A stretch of 64,000 nucleotides of DNA from Octopus sinensis (lineage: Eukaryota): contig NC_043000.1 of the NCBI RefSeq assembly GCF_006345805.1, forward strand, positions 1,922,001-1,986,000. Reading direction: 5' to 3'. Position 1 is the stretch's first letter. The number at the start of each line of letters is the position of its first letter. Positions 62,661 through 64,000 of this stretch are shown one piece after another. Under the pieces are notes generated by a model. That model saw nothing but the letters and a program-made list of their open reading frames with translations. It was not told the origin of the DNA and did not search any database. The position numbers and the translations under genes were made by a program.

Positions 62661-62887
62661 TTAACTACACAAAGATTCTGTCATTACATATCAAGAAGAC
62701 AGTTTTATATCTTATTCTCCAGTCGACGAATCCAAGTGTTTCCTTGTTTTTAAGAATGTTCCTGGGTTTGTTTAGTCCAGAGAAAGTTTTGTATGTTTGA
62801 TCTCTACAATGTTTGGTATCCAAAGCCCCTGTATCTATATTAAACTGTGTTGAGATGGGAAGCTTGTTTGATTGATGCTGGAGCCAT

Positions 62888-63261
62888 AGGCGCAGGAGTG
62901 GCTGTGTGGTAAGTAGCTTGCTAACCGACCACATGGTTCCGGGTTCAGTTCCACTGCGTGGCATCTTGGGCAAGTGTCTTCTGCTATAGCCTCGGGCCGA
63001 CCAATGCCTTGTGAGTGGATTTGGTAGACGGAAACTGAAAGAAGCCTGTCGTATATATGTATGTGTGTCTGTGTTTGTCTCCCTAGCATTGACAACCGAT
63101 GCTGGTGTGTTTGCGTCCCCGTCACTTAGCGGTTCGGCAAAAGAGACCGATAGAATAAGTACTGGGCTTACAAAGAATAAGTCCCGGGGTCGATTTTCTC
63201 GACTGAAGGTGGTGCTCCAGCATGGCCGCAGTCAAATGACTGAAACAAGTAAAAGAGTAAA
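62888..63261 (+). mobile_element. SINE family B
   Basis: Full head and tail. Confidence 0.85.
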
Positions 63262-64000
63262 GTGTATGTCATGATCTGTTCTAATGCCTTTTTTCAGTGC
63301 TAGATGGTCATATTCTAAATTTAGAATGCAAACAACTAGAATAGATACCTTCAGGCAACTCATCTGATGTTCTAGAAAGTGTGCTTAATTGATGAATAAG
63401 TCAAATAAAACCCTCCTGAGCTCACAATATCTTATCTCTCAAGGTGACCTTATAGGCATAACATTGCCAAAACTACATTACAAAGACTAAGATTTCTCTT
63501 AAAGGTCAGAAAAATAATTTGACTGATTTGTCAATTCTCACATATTTGGGATAATGCAACTTCTACACATGCAGACTTCTGAGACTGAATCCAAAAGCAG
63601 GTTCTCTGTTCGTTTGACAAAGGCTCAACCATCCACACACTACAACCACTAGCTCATAGAGGTGGTTTGTTCTTCATGCACCTTCAAGAAAGATATAGAG
63701 AATACACAAGGAAACCAGAGAAAATGATGTGTCAAACTGGATGCACCAAAGAAACAGTCCATTCAACAAAGCTACATTCAGACTCAATGATTGAAATGAA
63801 AATTGAATACAGCAATTTGGACACTGGAGATTTGACACAGTTAACTGGACACAACCTGTTTTGGTGACTATTTTTTGGCACTGGAGGTAAACACACTCAT
63901 GTATGTGTAGAAATATCCACTAACAGAGAGAGGGGAGAGAATGAGAAGTATCTGATGTAAAGTTGAATCAGCAACATCAAAACAGCTCTGCTAAAATGTT

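Overview
AT-rich, repeat-dense animal DNA, most likely octopus or another coleoid cephalopod (inferred from the tRNA-derived SINE families, the RTE/CR1/R4 LINEs and the microsatellite load). Two host genes are supported, both on + and both mitochondrial. One is a single-exon TFAM-like two-HMG-box gene (19295-20098) with an unusual Lys/Thr-rich tail. The other is a complete mitochondrial phosphate carrier, SLC25A3 (six coding exons 39799-58916, 351 aa, plus a 5' UTR exon and a CCAAT/E-box/YY1 promoter). The rest is mostly transposons: three SINE families, RTE, CR1 and R4/Dong LINE pieces, Helitrons, piggyBac- and Merlin-like MITEs, a Tigger end, Penelope-type repeats with hammerhead-like cores, and a rearranged Gypsy-like LTR element (9925-11509). 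The best lead is that element's primer-binding site. It is not a canonical TGG site but the exact 12-nt complement of the 5' END of metazoan tRNA-Phe, and the element's internal inversion breaks at that site. Gene and LTR coordinates were counted by hand; many repeat boundaries are approximate. No database searches were run.
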